This document shows positions 27,222 to 35,838 of a stretch of DNA of 64,000 nt, piece by piece. The DNA is from Myxococcota bacterium. Lineage in GTDB: Bacteria > Myxococcota_A > UBA796 > CAJQPC01. Where the stretch lies: NCBI GenBank assembly GCA_036012755.1, contig DASCPX010000127.1:32001-96000 (forward strand), in the 5' to 3' direction. The notes under the pieces are model-generated. The model did no database searches. It saw only the letters and a program-made list of their open reading frames with translations, and was not told the origin of the DNA. The position numbers and the translations under genes are program-made. Each line of letters opens with the position of its first letter. Positions within the stretch are counted from its first letter, which is position 1.

Positions 27222-30200
27222 TCAGTTGAATCCTGGTTGAACTCCCGCCTTCACCCCCAACATCACTGTCAGCGGCGCCACCGGCCGGGCACCGTAGGGG
27301 CGCCAGGAGCTCGCAGAGGTCCGGGAGCTCAGGTTCGACCCGGTGGCGTAGAGCGTGAAGCGACCCAGCGGCACGTGCAGACCGGCGTCGATCAGCAACA
27401 GGGCAGGGATGTCGGTGTCCGTGACCGGGAAGGTCCCCGCCGTGTCCAACATCCCGCTGCGAGCCGAGGCTCCGAGGGTGAGCGCCGCGCGCGGGTGATC
27501 CAGGGTGAGGCGAGCAGCCCCTGAGTGCTCGGGCACGTAGGGCAGGGAGTCTCCGATCTCGACGACTCCGAACTGGGGGAACTCGGAGGAGAAGCCCGTC
27601 ATGAAGCTCGAGCGGGTCCAGGCGTAGCTCGCGGAGAGCGGGATCTTCAGCTCGATGGGCAGGTTGATGACGAAGCCGCCCGTGAGCTCGGCGCCGTAGA
27701 TGCGCACCTCGCCGCCGTTGAACTCGAGGCCGACCTGGTCGCCGTTGCAGCCGCCCGAGAGCGTGCAGGGGCCGGTCAGGTTGTCGTAGTCGTTGTAGAA
27801 GCCGACGACTTCGAGCTCGCGCTCGGCGCCGTCGAGCCGAGCACCCGCCTCGTAGTTCCAGCTCGTCTCTGCCTCTACCTCCTCAGGCTGGCCGGGAGCC
27901 ACTGGAGAGAAACCACGGTGGACACCAGCGAAGACGTGGAGCTGATCGCCGACGCCATAGAGCGCCCCGAAGCCCGGCAGGACCGTGGTCCGGGTGAGGG
28001 CGGGGGCGGCCTCCGCGCCGACATCCAAGCGCTCACCGCGCACGACCTCGACGCGGGCGCCGGGCAACAGGTGGAGCTCGCCGATGCGCAGGTCTTCGTG
28101 GGCGTGCAGCGCCAGCGCCTGGGCGGTGGCGACGGAGTCCAGGGTCGTCTCCTGGCCGAGGCCGGACTCGACGAGCTCGCCCGAGGCCATGCCGTGAGGG
28201 ACCTCTGTGTGGAGGCGCCGCACGTTGTCGCCGTGAAGACGGGCGCCCAGCTCCAATCGGGAGCTGACGAGATCACCGGGGACGCTCCACGCCGCGGTGC
28301 TCTGGATCCCGAAGGCGTGGAAGGTCCGGTCGTTGGTGCCGATGAGCAGGACCTGGCCGTTGGTGTCCTCCTCGCCGCGCAGGATGGCCATGTAGACCGC
28401 CGCCTGGCCGCTGGTGGGGTCCGCCTCGATCAGGTCGTGCAGCTCCGGCCCGTCCTCGAAGCCGTTGAGCTTCGTCCACGACCGGGTCAGGTAGTGGTGG
28501 TAGGCGACGGTGCGCACCTCGAATGCAGAGGAGGGCTCCGCGTGCCAGGCGAGCTCGACCTGGGTCCGGGACAGGTCCATGAGCCCGGCCCCGCTGGCGG
28601 CATAGCGCCGGTAGGGCGAGGCCTCCAGATCGCTCGCCGTCAAGCCCAGGTAGGTCTCGTGGGAGACCTCGTCGGAGTAGCCCAGCTTCAGCTCCAGGCG
28701 ATGACTCGCCGAGGGCTCGAAGAAGCCCTTGACCATCGCCTCGTTCTTGTCGAAGCCGGTCGGCCCGCCGCCGTCGAGCTCCTTGAAGCCCTCGCTGCGC
28801 AGGTTCACGGCCTCTACCAGCAGCCCGGCGCGCCCTGACGAGAAGCCTCCGTAGGCGTGCACCTTGGTCGTTCCGTAGAGCCCCGCGGCAAGGTCGACCC
28901 GGGCATCGACGTCATCTGGCACGGCTCGTGTGCGCAGGTTGATGGCGCCACCCACGGTGTTCGGACCGTGGCGCGTCGCGGCAGGACCCTTGAAGACCTC
29001 GACCCCGACCAGCCGTGTGCTCATCGGGAAGTAGTAGGCGGATGGGGCGGCGTAGGGCGCTGGCGCGAAGAGCACGCCGTCCTCCATCAGCGTGACCTTC
29101 GCCGAGCGATCCGAGTTCGCGCCGCGCATGCCGATGTTGGGGCGGAGTCCGAAGCCGTCCTCGCTGCGGGTGGTGACCCCGGGCACGCCCTCGAGCACCC
29201 GCTCGATGTTGTCCTGCTCGAGGGCCTCGAGGTCCTCTTCTCCGACGACGTGGGCGCTGCCAGCGACCCGGGGCGTGCCGCGCTCGCCCTCGACGATGAT
29301 CGTCAGGCCGAACTCCTCGTCGTGGTCCTCGTCAGCTCGAGCGAGGCCCGGGACCAGCATCGCCAGGAGCAACAGGGGCAACAGCGCTCGGAAGGGGCCG
29401 AGCCAGGCCGAGATGAGGTTGTCGCCGTGGTTGCGCTCACCCTCTGGCAGGCCGAAGCGCTCACGCGGCTCACCGCTCAGCACCAGGGTGCCGGCGAGAC
29501 GATCCCAGATCGCCAGCCAGGTCCCCATGTTCTTGTGGGCGTCCTCTGGCGTGTGGTGGATCTGGTGCTGGGCCGGGCTGAGGAACCACCGCTCCACCGC
29601 GGGCGGAAAGCGCAGCCAGACGTGGCTGTGGCGCAGGTTGCCGAGGATGATGTTGAGGAAGAGCCCGATGGCCGGAATACCCAGGAGCTGCCAGGGCTCG
29701 GCGCGCTCGCGGAAGACGTAGAAGAAGACCGCCGTGATGCTGCCCGTGGCCAGAACGCCGCGGAGCTCGTAGAGCGCGGACTCCACCGGGTGGTTGCGGT
29801 GGAAGGTGAGCGGGGTGAGCACCTCCGCGCTGTGATGGACCTGGTGGAAGGCCCAGATCCATCCCACCCGATGCGCCAGGTAGTGCAGCACGAAGCGGCT
29901 GAAGTCCCAGCCCACGAACAACACGGCGGTGTAGAGCCCGACCACCAGCCAGGCAGGCCAGTCCGGGGCCTCCAGCACGCCGAAGCGGGCATCGAGCCCC
30001 CGCACGGCGTGGGTAGCCAACAGCCAGGCACCGCCAAGGCCCATGGCGCCGCGCAGCGTCCACAGCAGGCGCCGACCCAGGTAGAGCTGGACATCGAGCC
30101 GGGTGGAAGGGTGCTTCAGCGCAACGAGCAAGGGCGTCCGGTTGAAGACCGCGATGACGACCAGGCTCGCCAGGAGCGCCGGCCACCAGATCCGGCTGGC

Positions 30201-30263
30201 CGGATCGGTCAGCGGAACGAGCAGGCTGGTCCCTACCGAGGAGAGGGCCTCAGTCGTTGTCAC
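27222..30263 (-). CDS. Fusion of sterol desaturase/fatty-acid hydroxylase domain and FecA-like TonB-dependent receptor
   Basis: aa 1-290 with HYLAH, HQVHH, HSH, HQIHH boxes; then a signal-like stretch ending ARA; then plug (EDGFGLRPNIGMRG, EVFKGP, GGAINL) and barrel. No stop between. Confidence 0.9.
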   Translation of the reverse strand: MTTTEALSSVGTSLLVPLTDPASRIWWPALLASLVVIAVFNRTPLLVALKHPSTRLDVQLYLGRRLLWTLRGAMGLGGAWLLATHAVRGLDARFGVLEAPDWPAWLVVGLYTAVLFVGWDFSRFVLHYLAHRVGWIWAFHQVHHSAEVLTPLTFHRNHPVESALYELRGVLATGSITAVFFYVFRERAEPWQLLGIPAIGLFLNIILGNLRHSHVWLRFPPAVERWFLSPAQHQIHHTPEDAHKNMGTWLAIWDRLAGTLVLSGEPRERFGLPEGERNHGDNLISAWLGPFRALLPLLLLAMLVPGLARADEDHDEEFGLTIIVEGERGTPRVAGSAHVVGEEDLEALEQDNIERVLEGVPGVTTRSEDGFGLRPNIGMRGANSDRSAKVTLMEDGVLFAPAPYAAPSAYYFPMSTRLVGVEVFKGPAATRHGPNTVGGAINLRTRAVPDDVDARVDLAAGLYGTTKVHAYGGFSSGRAGLLVEAVNLRSEGFKELDGGGPTGFDKNEAMVKGFFEPSASHRLELKLGYSDEVSHETYLGLTASDLEASPYRRYAASGAGLMDLSRTQVELAWHAEPSSAFEVRTVAYHHYLTRSWTKLNGFEDGPELHDLIEADPTSGQAAVYMAILRGEEDTNGQVLLIGTNDRTFHAFGIQSTAAWSVPGDLVSSRLELGARLHGDNVRRLHTEVPHGMASGELVESGLGQETTLDSVATAQALALHAHEDLRIGELHLLPGARVEVVRGERLDVGAEAAPALTRTTVLPGFGALYGVGDQLHVFAGVHRGFSPVAPGQPEEVEAETSWNYEAGARLDGAERELEVVGFYNDYDNLTGPCTLSGGCNGDQVGLEFNGGEVRIYGAELTGGFVINLPIELKIPLSASYAWTRSSFMTGFSSEFPQFGVVEIGDSLPYVPEHSGAARLTLDHPRAALTLGASARSGMLDTAGTFPVTDTDIPALLLIDAGLHVPLGRFTLYATGSNLSSRTSASSWRPYGARPVAPLTVMLGVKAGVQPGFN

Positions 30264-31362
30264 CGCTGGCTTCCCCGGGGACGGTCAGGACCAGGACGGT
30301 CACGAGGTCCCCCTTCAGGATGTCGGTGACGCCCTTCAAGGCCGCGTGCAGCGCCTCGACCTGTTCGGGCTGGGACTCGATGAGCTCGTCGAGGGGACCC
30401 TCGAGCCCCGCGGCGACGGCGATGGCGGCGTCGGTGTTGGCGAGGACCTCGTCGGAGAGGTCCCCGTGACCGATCTCTGCGAGGAGGTCGTCCATGCCGG
30501 CGCCCTCCCCTCCCGAGAAGAGCTCGCGGAAGCCGTCGAGGTTGGCCTCGATGGCGTCCACGCCGATGCCCGAGGCGAGGAGCTCGACGTCCTCGGCGCA
30601 GGTCGCCTCGCCGCAGTCGGAGAGACCCAGTGGCTTGGCCAGCTTCTCGTCCTTTGAGACCAGCTCGAGGTAGAAGAGCGCCGCGAAGACCTCGTCGAGG
30701 GCAGCTGGCTCGTAGCCAGCGGCCCAGCGCCCATCGAGCGCGGCTGCCTGCTGTCGAACACCGCCAGCGAGGGCGACGGCGAAGGCCGCGCGGTTTTCGT
30801 CCACCCCCTCGGACCCCAGCGCAGCCCAGTCCTCGTCGATGCCGACCTGGCTCGGACAGACCGTCTCCTCACCGGCGTAGAGCAGGTGCTCGAGCGCGTC
30901 CATGCCGTAGCTGTTCACGAGGTTCGCCTCGTAGAAGTCCCCCGCGTCCCACTCCTCTTCGACGGTCTCCTGGTCGACCCGGCAACCGTTCACGGTCGGC
31001 CAGGAGTAGATCTCGTCTCGGAGATCCTCGCCCCCGACCACCGTGACCGAGCTCCCCGCCGGTCCGACCTGCTGGACCTCCAGCTCCTCCCAGACGAGCA
31101 TCGCCGCGGTCCACGCGGGTCGGGCGTCCTCGCGAGCCCCGCCCGCCTGCCAGGAGGCCAGCGCCGAGTCGAGCTCGTCGAGCGAGGAGTCGAAGTCCGC
31201 CAGCGAAGGACGGACCACCTCTGGTCCCACAGCAGCGAGCGCCTCCGCCAGAAGGACATCAAGCGCGCCGCTGTCATCCCCACCCCTGGTGCAGGCCTGG
31301 GCTACCGCCAGGGCGCCCAGGATCCCGAGGAGCAGCCAGGAGCTACCAGCCGCCCTGGCCAC
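30250..31362 (-). CDS. Imelysin-family lipoprotein
   Basis: Lipobox AQAC, IYSWP, YGMDALEHLL, KLAKPLG, C-terminal SGDND. Start GTG 31362 with GGAG. Confidence 0.88.
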   Translation of the reverse strand: MARAAGSSWLLLGILGALAVAQACTRGGDDSGALDVLLAEALAAVGPEVVRPSLADFDSSLDELDSALASWQAGGAREDARPAWTAAMLVWEELEVQQVGPAGSSVTVVGGEDLRDEIYSWPTVNGCRVDQETVEEEWDAGDFYEANLVNSYGMDALEHLLYAGEETVCPSQVGIDEDWAALGSEGVDENRAAFAVALAGGVRQQAAALDGRWAAGYEPAALDEVFAALFYLELVSKDEKLAKPLGLSDCGEATCAEDVELLASGIGVDAIEANLDGFRELFSGGEGAGMDDLLAEIGHGDLSDEVLANTDAAIAVAAGLEGPLDELIESQPEQVEALHAALKGVTDILKGDLVTVLVLTVPGEASGDND

Positions 31363-32722
31363 TGTCGTCTCCGAGGTTGGCAGGATCGAAGCCGTAGGCA
31401 TCGGCGATCAGCCCGCGGGCCTCCAGCAGATCCGCGACGTAGGCCTCGCGGACCTCGACCGGGGAGTCGGAGAGCACCGGAGCGATCCCCACCAGCTCGT
31501 GCAGGGCGGCGATGTCCGGATCGGTGATCTGGGAGCGTGGGTTGAACTGCAGCGAGAGCGCGAAGCCCTTCATCTCCGACCAGTGCTTGGCGTGGTCCTC
31601 GAAGGAGTAGTCGTCGCTGCCGATGCTCTCTGTGTCGACGATCACCTCGTTGACGTAGTGGACGACCGTAGAGGAGACCGACCTCTCCCAGGCGTCGATG
31701 GCCTCGTCGCGATGGCCCCGCAGCTCCTCCAGCTCATCCGCCGTCAGCTGGCGCCCGGAGCTCTCGGACAGCAGGGCACGTCCGGCGACGAAGCTCTCGA
31801 AGGCCTGGGCGCTGTAGTCCGTGCCGGAGACGCTGCCGAGGTCCCGCTTGGCGGCGTTGACGGAGTAGCCCCAGTTGTACTCGGCGGTCAGGTCGATGAA
31901 GCCGTCACCGTCGACGTCCTTGTAGCCAGGAGACTTGATCTCCTCGTCACTCCAGTCGCCGTAGGTCCGGGCCGCGCCGAAGTAGCCGAAGCCCTCGTCC
32001 CAGCCGTGCTCCAGCGCCGAGTAGTCAGTGCCGTCCTCATAGGTGGTGTGGTCCGCGAGCAGGCCCTTGCCTTCGACGTCGTCGTCCAGGTAGTCGTCGG
32101 TCCCCTGCGAGTAGGCGATGCCGCCGCGGAGGAACTTGTCGAGGAGCTGGCGGTAGTCCCTCCCCTCCGGGCTCACGAACACGCTGGCGATGGGCTCGCC
32201 GTCCGGGTCGAGGGGGATGGCACCGGCCGTCCGATCGGCAGCGAGGGCGTCGATCTCGGTGAACCAGAGCCTCACGAGGCTCTCTGGGGTGGTCACGCCA
32301 TCGGCGTCCCAGCCGACGAAGGCGGTGCTCCAGTCCTCGTGCTGACCGGTGGCGTCGTTGCCTGCGAGCTTCCCGACGAGATCCTTGTCACCAGAGATGT
32401 CGTCGTAGGTGGTCTGCAGCGTCGCCGGGTCGGTGCTCCGGCCGTGCGTGAGCGAGCCCGAGGTGCTGCTGTCGAACTCGAAGTAGAAGGCCAGGTCTGC
32501 CTCGATGTCACCCTGGGCTGGGTAGATCTCGCCGTTGTCGATGCGCTCGGTGAGGCCGTCGAGGTAGAGCTTCGTGTCGTCGATCAACAGCTGGCGGAGG
32601 ACCTGGCCGCTGTAGCTCGCGTTGTCGAAGCCGTAGCCCTCGACCTGGGCAATGCCCGTGTCGTCGAGGGTGGCGGAGTCGTCGATGGGGGTCTCACCGA
32701 CACACGCCAGAACAAAGAGCAT
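31343..32722 (-). CDS. DUF4856-like lipoprotein (iron-regulated, imelysin associated)
   Basis: SYSGQVLRQ, LEHGWDEGFGYFG, HWSEMKGFALSLQFNP; MLFVLAC signal. Confidence 0.8.
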   Translation of the reverse strand: MLFVLACVGETPIDDSATLDDTGIAQVEGYGFDNASYSGQVLRQLLIDDTKLYLDGLTERIDNGEIYPAQGDIEADLAFYFEFDSSTSGSLTHGRSTDPATLQTTYDDISGDKDLVGKLAGNDATGQHEDWSTAFVGWDADGVTTPESLVRLWFTEIDALAADRTAGAIPLDPDGEPIASVFVSPEGRDYRQLLDKFLRGGIAYSQGTDDYLDDDVEGKGLLADHTTYEDGTDYSALEHGWDEGFGYFGAARTYGDWSDEEIKSPGYKDVDGDGFIDLTAEYNWGYSVNAAKRDLGSVSGTDYSAQAFESFVAGRALLSESSGRQLTADELEELRGHRDEAIDAWERSVSSTVVHYVNEVIVDTESIGSDDYSFEDHAKHWSEMKGFALSLQFNPRSQITDPDIAALHELVGIAPVLSDSPVEVREAYVADLLEARGLIADAYGFDPANLGDDSGQGGW

Positions 32723-32738
32723 CGCTGCCTCTCTTGAT

Positions 32739-32757
32739 ATTGATATTCGTTTTCAAT
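32739..32757. promoter_or_regulatory. Fur-box-like 19-bp inverted repeat
   Basis: ATTGATATTCGTTTTCAAT (ATTGA-N9-TCAAT), 16 nt upstream of the first gene of the iron-uptake operon. Confidence 0.75.
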
Positions 32758-32891
32758 TAGGGCACGGAACCTATCTCCGTGCGGCCCACCTCGCACGAAA
32801 AAAACAAGCAAGGCGCCCGCGTGACGACCTGCGTGTCACCGATAGGCGACACTTTGTGCTCCAAGTGCCTGAGATCCCGTGCACTCGGAGT

Positions 32892-32907
32892 CGGCACGGG
32901 CGGTGCA
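32892..32907 (+). promoter_or_regulatory. Sigma54 promoter candidate
   Basis: CGGCACGGGCGGTGCA = GG-N10-GC with GGCACG, about 40 nt before ATG 32947. Confidence 0.6.
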
Positions 32908-32946
32908 ACAGCAGTGGGCAGCCCAACAACGACCCGGAGCCCACAG

Positions 32947-33438
32947 ATGTCCCTTCTCATCGCAATCCTGTCCGCGAACGACGCCTCCGCCGCAGAGAGC
33001 TCACCCTACGTCTCGACCCGAGCCACCACAGCCGCATCCGCTGGTGGCGAGGGGCTGGCCTTCCTCGGCTCCGTCGGCTTCGGCGCCGAGTGGGACAACG
33101 GCCAGAGCCTGGGCATGCGCTTCATCGGCGTGCCGAATCCCCCTGACACCCTCTGGCTGAAGCCTGGCCCCTATGCCGCCGGGCCCGCCATCGACTGGCG
33201 CTGGTACATCCCGGTCACCGACCACTTCGACATGTACCCGGCTGCGTCCTTCGGAGTGCTCTATGCACCCGAGCGGGGCACGAACCGCAACCTCCTTCTG
33301 CCGGTGGCGGAGGGTGGCTTCGGCACCCGCTTCAAGCTGACTGGCGAGCAAGGCTCCGTGTGGTTCGCCCCCGAGTTCGACATCGTCCCGCTCGCCGCGG
33401 CCGCGGCGGTGAGCGCCAACTTCGGCATGACCTTCTGA
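32947..33438 (+). CDS. Small exported protein, probable outer-membrane beta-barrel
   Basis: Signal ending ASA, amphipathic strands, terminal Phe (ANFGMTF). Confidence 0.6.
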   Translation: MSLLIAILSANDASAAESSPYVSTRATTAASAGGEGLAFLGSVGFGAEWDNGQSLGMRFIGVPNPPDTLWLKPGPYAAGPAIDWRWYIPVTDHFDMYPAASFGVLYAPERGTNRNLLLPVAEGGFGTRFKLTGEQGSVWFAPEFDIVPLAAAAAVSANFGMTF

Positions 33439-33460
33439 GGCGCTCGGTTACCCGGGGTCG

Positions 33461-34558
33461 ATGGACCTCCACTCCCTGCGCGAGGAGCTCGACGACCTCG
33501 ACGCCCGGCTGATGGCAACCGCCGCCCGACGCATCGCCGTCGTGCGGCGGATCGGCGCCCTGAAGGCGGGCGAGGACCGGCCCGTCTTCGACCGCGGCCG
33601 CGAACAAGACGTCTACCTGCGGGCTCGAGCCACCGCCGAGACTGTCGGGCTCGACCCCAAGGTCGGCGAGGCGCTGCTCCAGACCCTCGTCGACGCCGGC
33701 CATGGCCTGCAGGAGGAGCTCCAACCAGAGAGCGACAGCCAGCACTTCTGCATCGTCGGCGGGGGCGGCCGCATGGGCTCGCGCATCCGCCGAGAGCTGG
33801 AGGGACGTGGCCACCGGGTGGACTCCGTCGAGCGCGGCGACCCCCTGTCCGACCTCGGCGAGGCGGACATCGTGATGCTCGCCGTGCCCATGTCCGCCGC
33901 CGCGGTGGTGGCTCGCGAGGTCGGCACCTTCATGCGCCCGGACGCCCTGCTCTGCGACATCAACTCGCTGAAGTCCGAGGTCTGCGCGGCGATGTCCGAG
34001 TCCTTCGCCGGCGAGGTGCTCGGGCTCCACCCGATGTTCGGCCCCTCGGTCCACACCTTCCGCCGCCAGAAGGTGGTCGTGTGTCGGGTCCGCACCGGCC
34101 CTCGGGCCCGCTGGCTGATCGCAGAGCTCGGCCGCCTCGGCATGGAGCGCATCGAAGCGGAGCCCACCGAGCACGACCGAATGATGGCGAACGTGCAGGT
34201 GCTGACTCACTTCTCGACGATCGTGATGGGCGATGCGCTGCGGCGCACGGGGGTCTCTGTGCGGCGCTCCCTGGCCTTCACATCGCCGATCTACAGGCTC
34301 GAGCTCGCCTTCGTCGGGCGGCTCTTCGCCCAGAACCCGGACCTCTACGCCGAGATCGAGATGTCGAACCCCCACGGCGACGAGGTCCGCGCCGGATTCC
34401 GGGAGGCCGCAGCCGAGCTGATGGAGATCCTGGCCCGCGGCGACCGCGAGGCCTTCCGAGCGCGCTTCTCCGAGATCGGCGAGCACTTCGAGGGCTTCGA
34501 CGAGGAGGCCATGCGCCTCTCTGATCTGCTGATCGACACCCTGGCCGCCCGCCCCTGA
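33461..34558 (+). CDS. tyrA: Bifunctional chorismate mutase/prephenate dehydrogenase
   Basis: AroQ domain, VGGGGRMG, DINSLK, HPMFGP, EHDRMMANVQVLTHF. Confidence 0.93.
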   Translation: MDLHSLREELDDLDARLMATAARRIAVVRRIGALKAGEDRPVFDRGREQDVYLRARATAETVGLDPKVGEALLQTLVDAGHGLQEELQPESDSQHFCIVGGGGRMGSRIRRELEGRGHRVDSVERGDPLSDLGEADIVMLAVPMSAAAVVAREVGTFMRPDALLCDINSLKSEVCAAMSESFAGEVLGLHPMFGPSVHTFRRQKVVVCRVRTGPRARWLIAELGRLGMERIEAEPTEHDRMMANVQVLTHFSTIVMGDALRRTGVSVRRSLAFTSPIYRLELAFVGRLFAQNPDLYAEIEMSNPHGDEVRAGFREAAAELMEILARGDREAFRARFSEIGEHFEGFDEEAMRLSDLLIDTLAARP

Positions 34559-34562
34559 ACCC

Positions 34563-35279
34563 CTACGGCTCGTCTTTCTTCTTCCGAGGGATGCGAATGC
34601 GCCCCTCGTCCGCGAAGCCGAAGAGGTCGTCGGGCCCAGCTGCAGGGCCCGGCGGCGTCCTGCGGATGGGCGGCTTCGGCGGGGCCTCGGGCGCCGCCTC
34701 CGGTGTCTCCTCCGGGGGGGTCTCCACCGGCCGGCTCTTGGGACCCGTCGCGCTGGTCCGACGCATGCGAAAGCGACCGCCCTGGCCCCGGGTGCCGGTG
34801 CTCTTCCGCTCTTCGGCTTCCACCCGACCACGCTCTTCGACCGCCTCTTGCGCCTTCTTCTGGGCTTCCAGCCGATGCTGGATGGCCGGGTCGATGGCCG
34901 GCGCGGGCTCGCTCGGAGCAGGTTTCGCTGCGGCCGCTGGCTTAGGAGGCGGCTTGGGCGGCGCCTTTGGCACGCCGCTCGGTTTGAAGCTGCCTGCCCC
35001 CTCTCGCTTGCGATTGGGGTCACGCACCCGCGAGTGCGGCGCCGGACGCCGTCGCTCGGAGAGCTTCAGGGAGACCGGCCCGAGACCGGGACCCGGGTCC
35101 GAGCTTGCCTTTGGTTCGTAGGGATCCGGCAGCCCGAGTCGAGCGAAGAGCCTGCGCCTCCTGGCAGCTCCGGGAGCATCGTCGCGGCGCGCACCTACTC
35201 GCTCCAGCAGGCGCTCGCCGAGCAGCTTGCGGGGGGTGAGCGTTGCGAGGACGTCCTTGGCTTTGTCGTCTTCAGCCAC
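34563..35279 (-). CDS. Hypothetical Pro/Arg-rich, largely disordered protein
   Basis: Fills the gap between convergent tyrA and the START gene; TAGATT-N6-GTG start. Confidence 0.6.
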   Translation of the reverse strand: MAEDDKAKDVLATLTPRKLLGERLLERVGARRDDAPGAARRRRLFARLGLPDPYEPKASSDPGPGLGPVSLKLSERRRPAPHSRVRDPNRKREGAGSFKPSGVPKAPPKPPPKPAAAAKPAPSEPAPAIDPAIQHRLEAQKKAQEAVEERGRVEAEERKSTGTRGQGGRFRMRRTSATGPKSRPVETPPEETPEAAPEAPPKPPIRRTPPGPAAGPDDLFGFADEGRIRIPRKKKDEP

Positions 35280-35838
35280 CAGGGGAATCTACCGCGCGAG
35301 CCGCCACCAGCCGAACCATTGCGGGGAGCCCGGCATCAGCGGCCTTGCGATGGACGAAGACCGGGATCCACCACGCCGTGTCCGCCTGGGCGCGGTAGAT
35401 CAACAGAACACGGTCCGCGTCCCAGGCCCTCACCTCCCAGCTGCCCGCCGACCGCCGCATCGGCGATGAGCCCTCGGGTTGCATCTCCCAGGTCATCACG
35501 TCGCCGTCGCGCCGAGCGTCCGTGACGTACCGCGTGACGACCCCCTTCGCCGTGAGCTCCATGCCCCAGCGCCACGTGCCCTCGCCGAGCTCGTCGGGAC
35601 TCGCGAGCACGTAGGAGGCCGTGACGTAGGGCAGGAACTCCACGTAGGCCCCGAAGCCCTCGATGACGGCCCAGACCTCCGCGGACGAAGCCTCCACCAG
35701 GATCATGCTCGTGCCCTCCGAGGCGCCGCGAGCGCTCTCCTGGCGAAGGACGACCTCGCCCCGCTCCAGGGCCGCGCGCTCGGTCGACGTCGGCTCGGCG
35801 GAGGCGCTGGCGCCCAGGAGGAGAGCAAGCCAGCGCAT
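35272..35838 (-). CDS. Exported SRPBCC/START (polyketide cyclase-like) protein
   Basis: EVWAVI...YVEFLPYV, GSWEV, WWIPVFV. True start ATG 35838 coupled to the upstream stop (TGATG). Confidence 0.82.
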   Translation of the reverse strand: MRWLALLLGASASAEPTSTERAALERGEVVLRQESARGASEGTSMILVEASSAEVWAVIEGFGAYVEFLPYVTASYVLASPDELGEGTWRWGMELTAKGVVTRYVTDARRDGDVMTWEMQPEGSSPMRRSAGSWEVRAWDADRVLLIYRAQADTAWWIPVFVHRKAADAGLPAMVRLVAARAVDSPGG

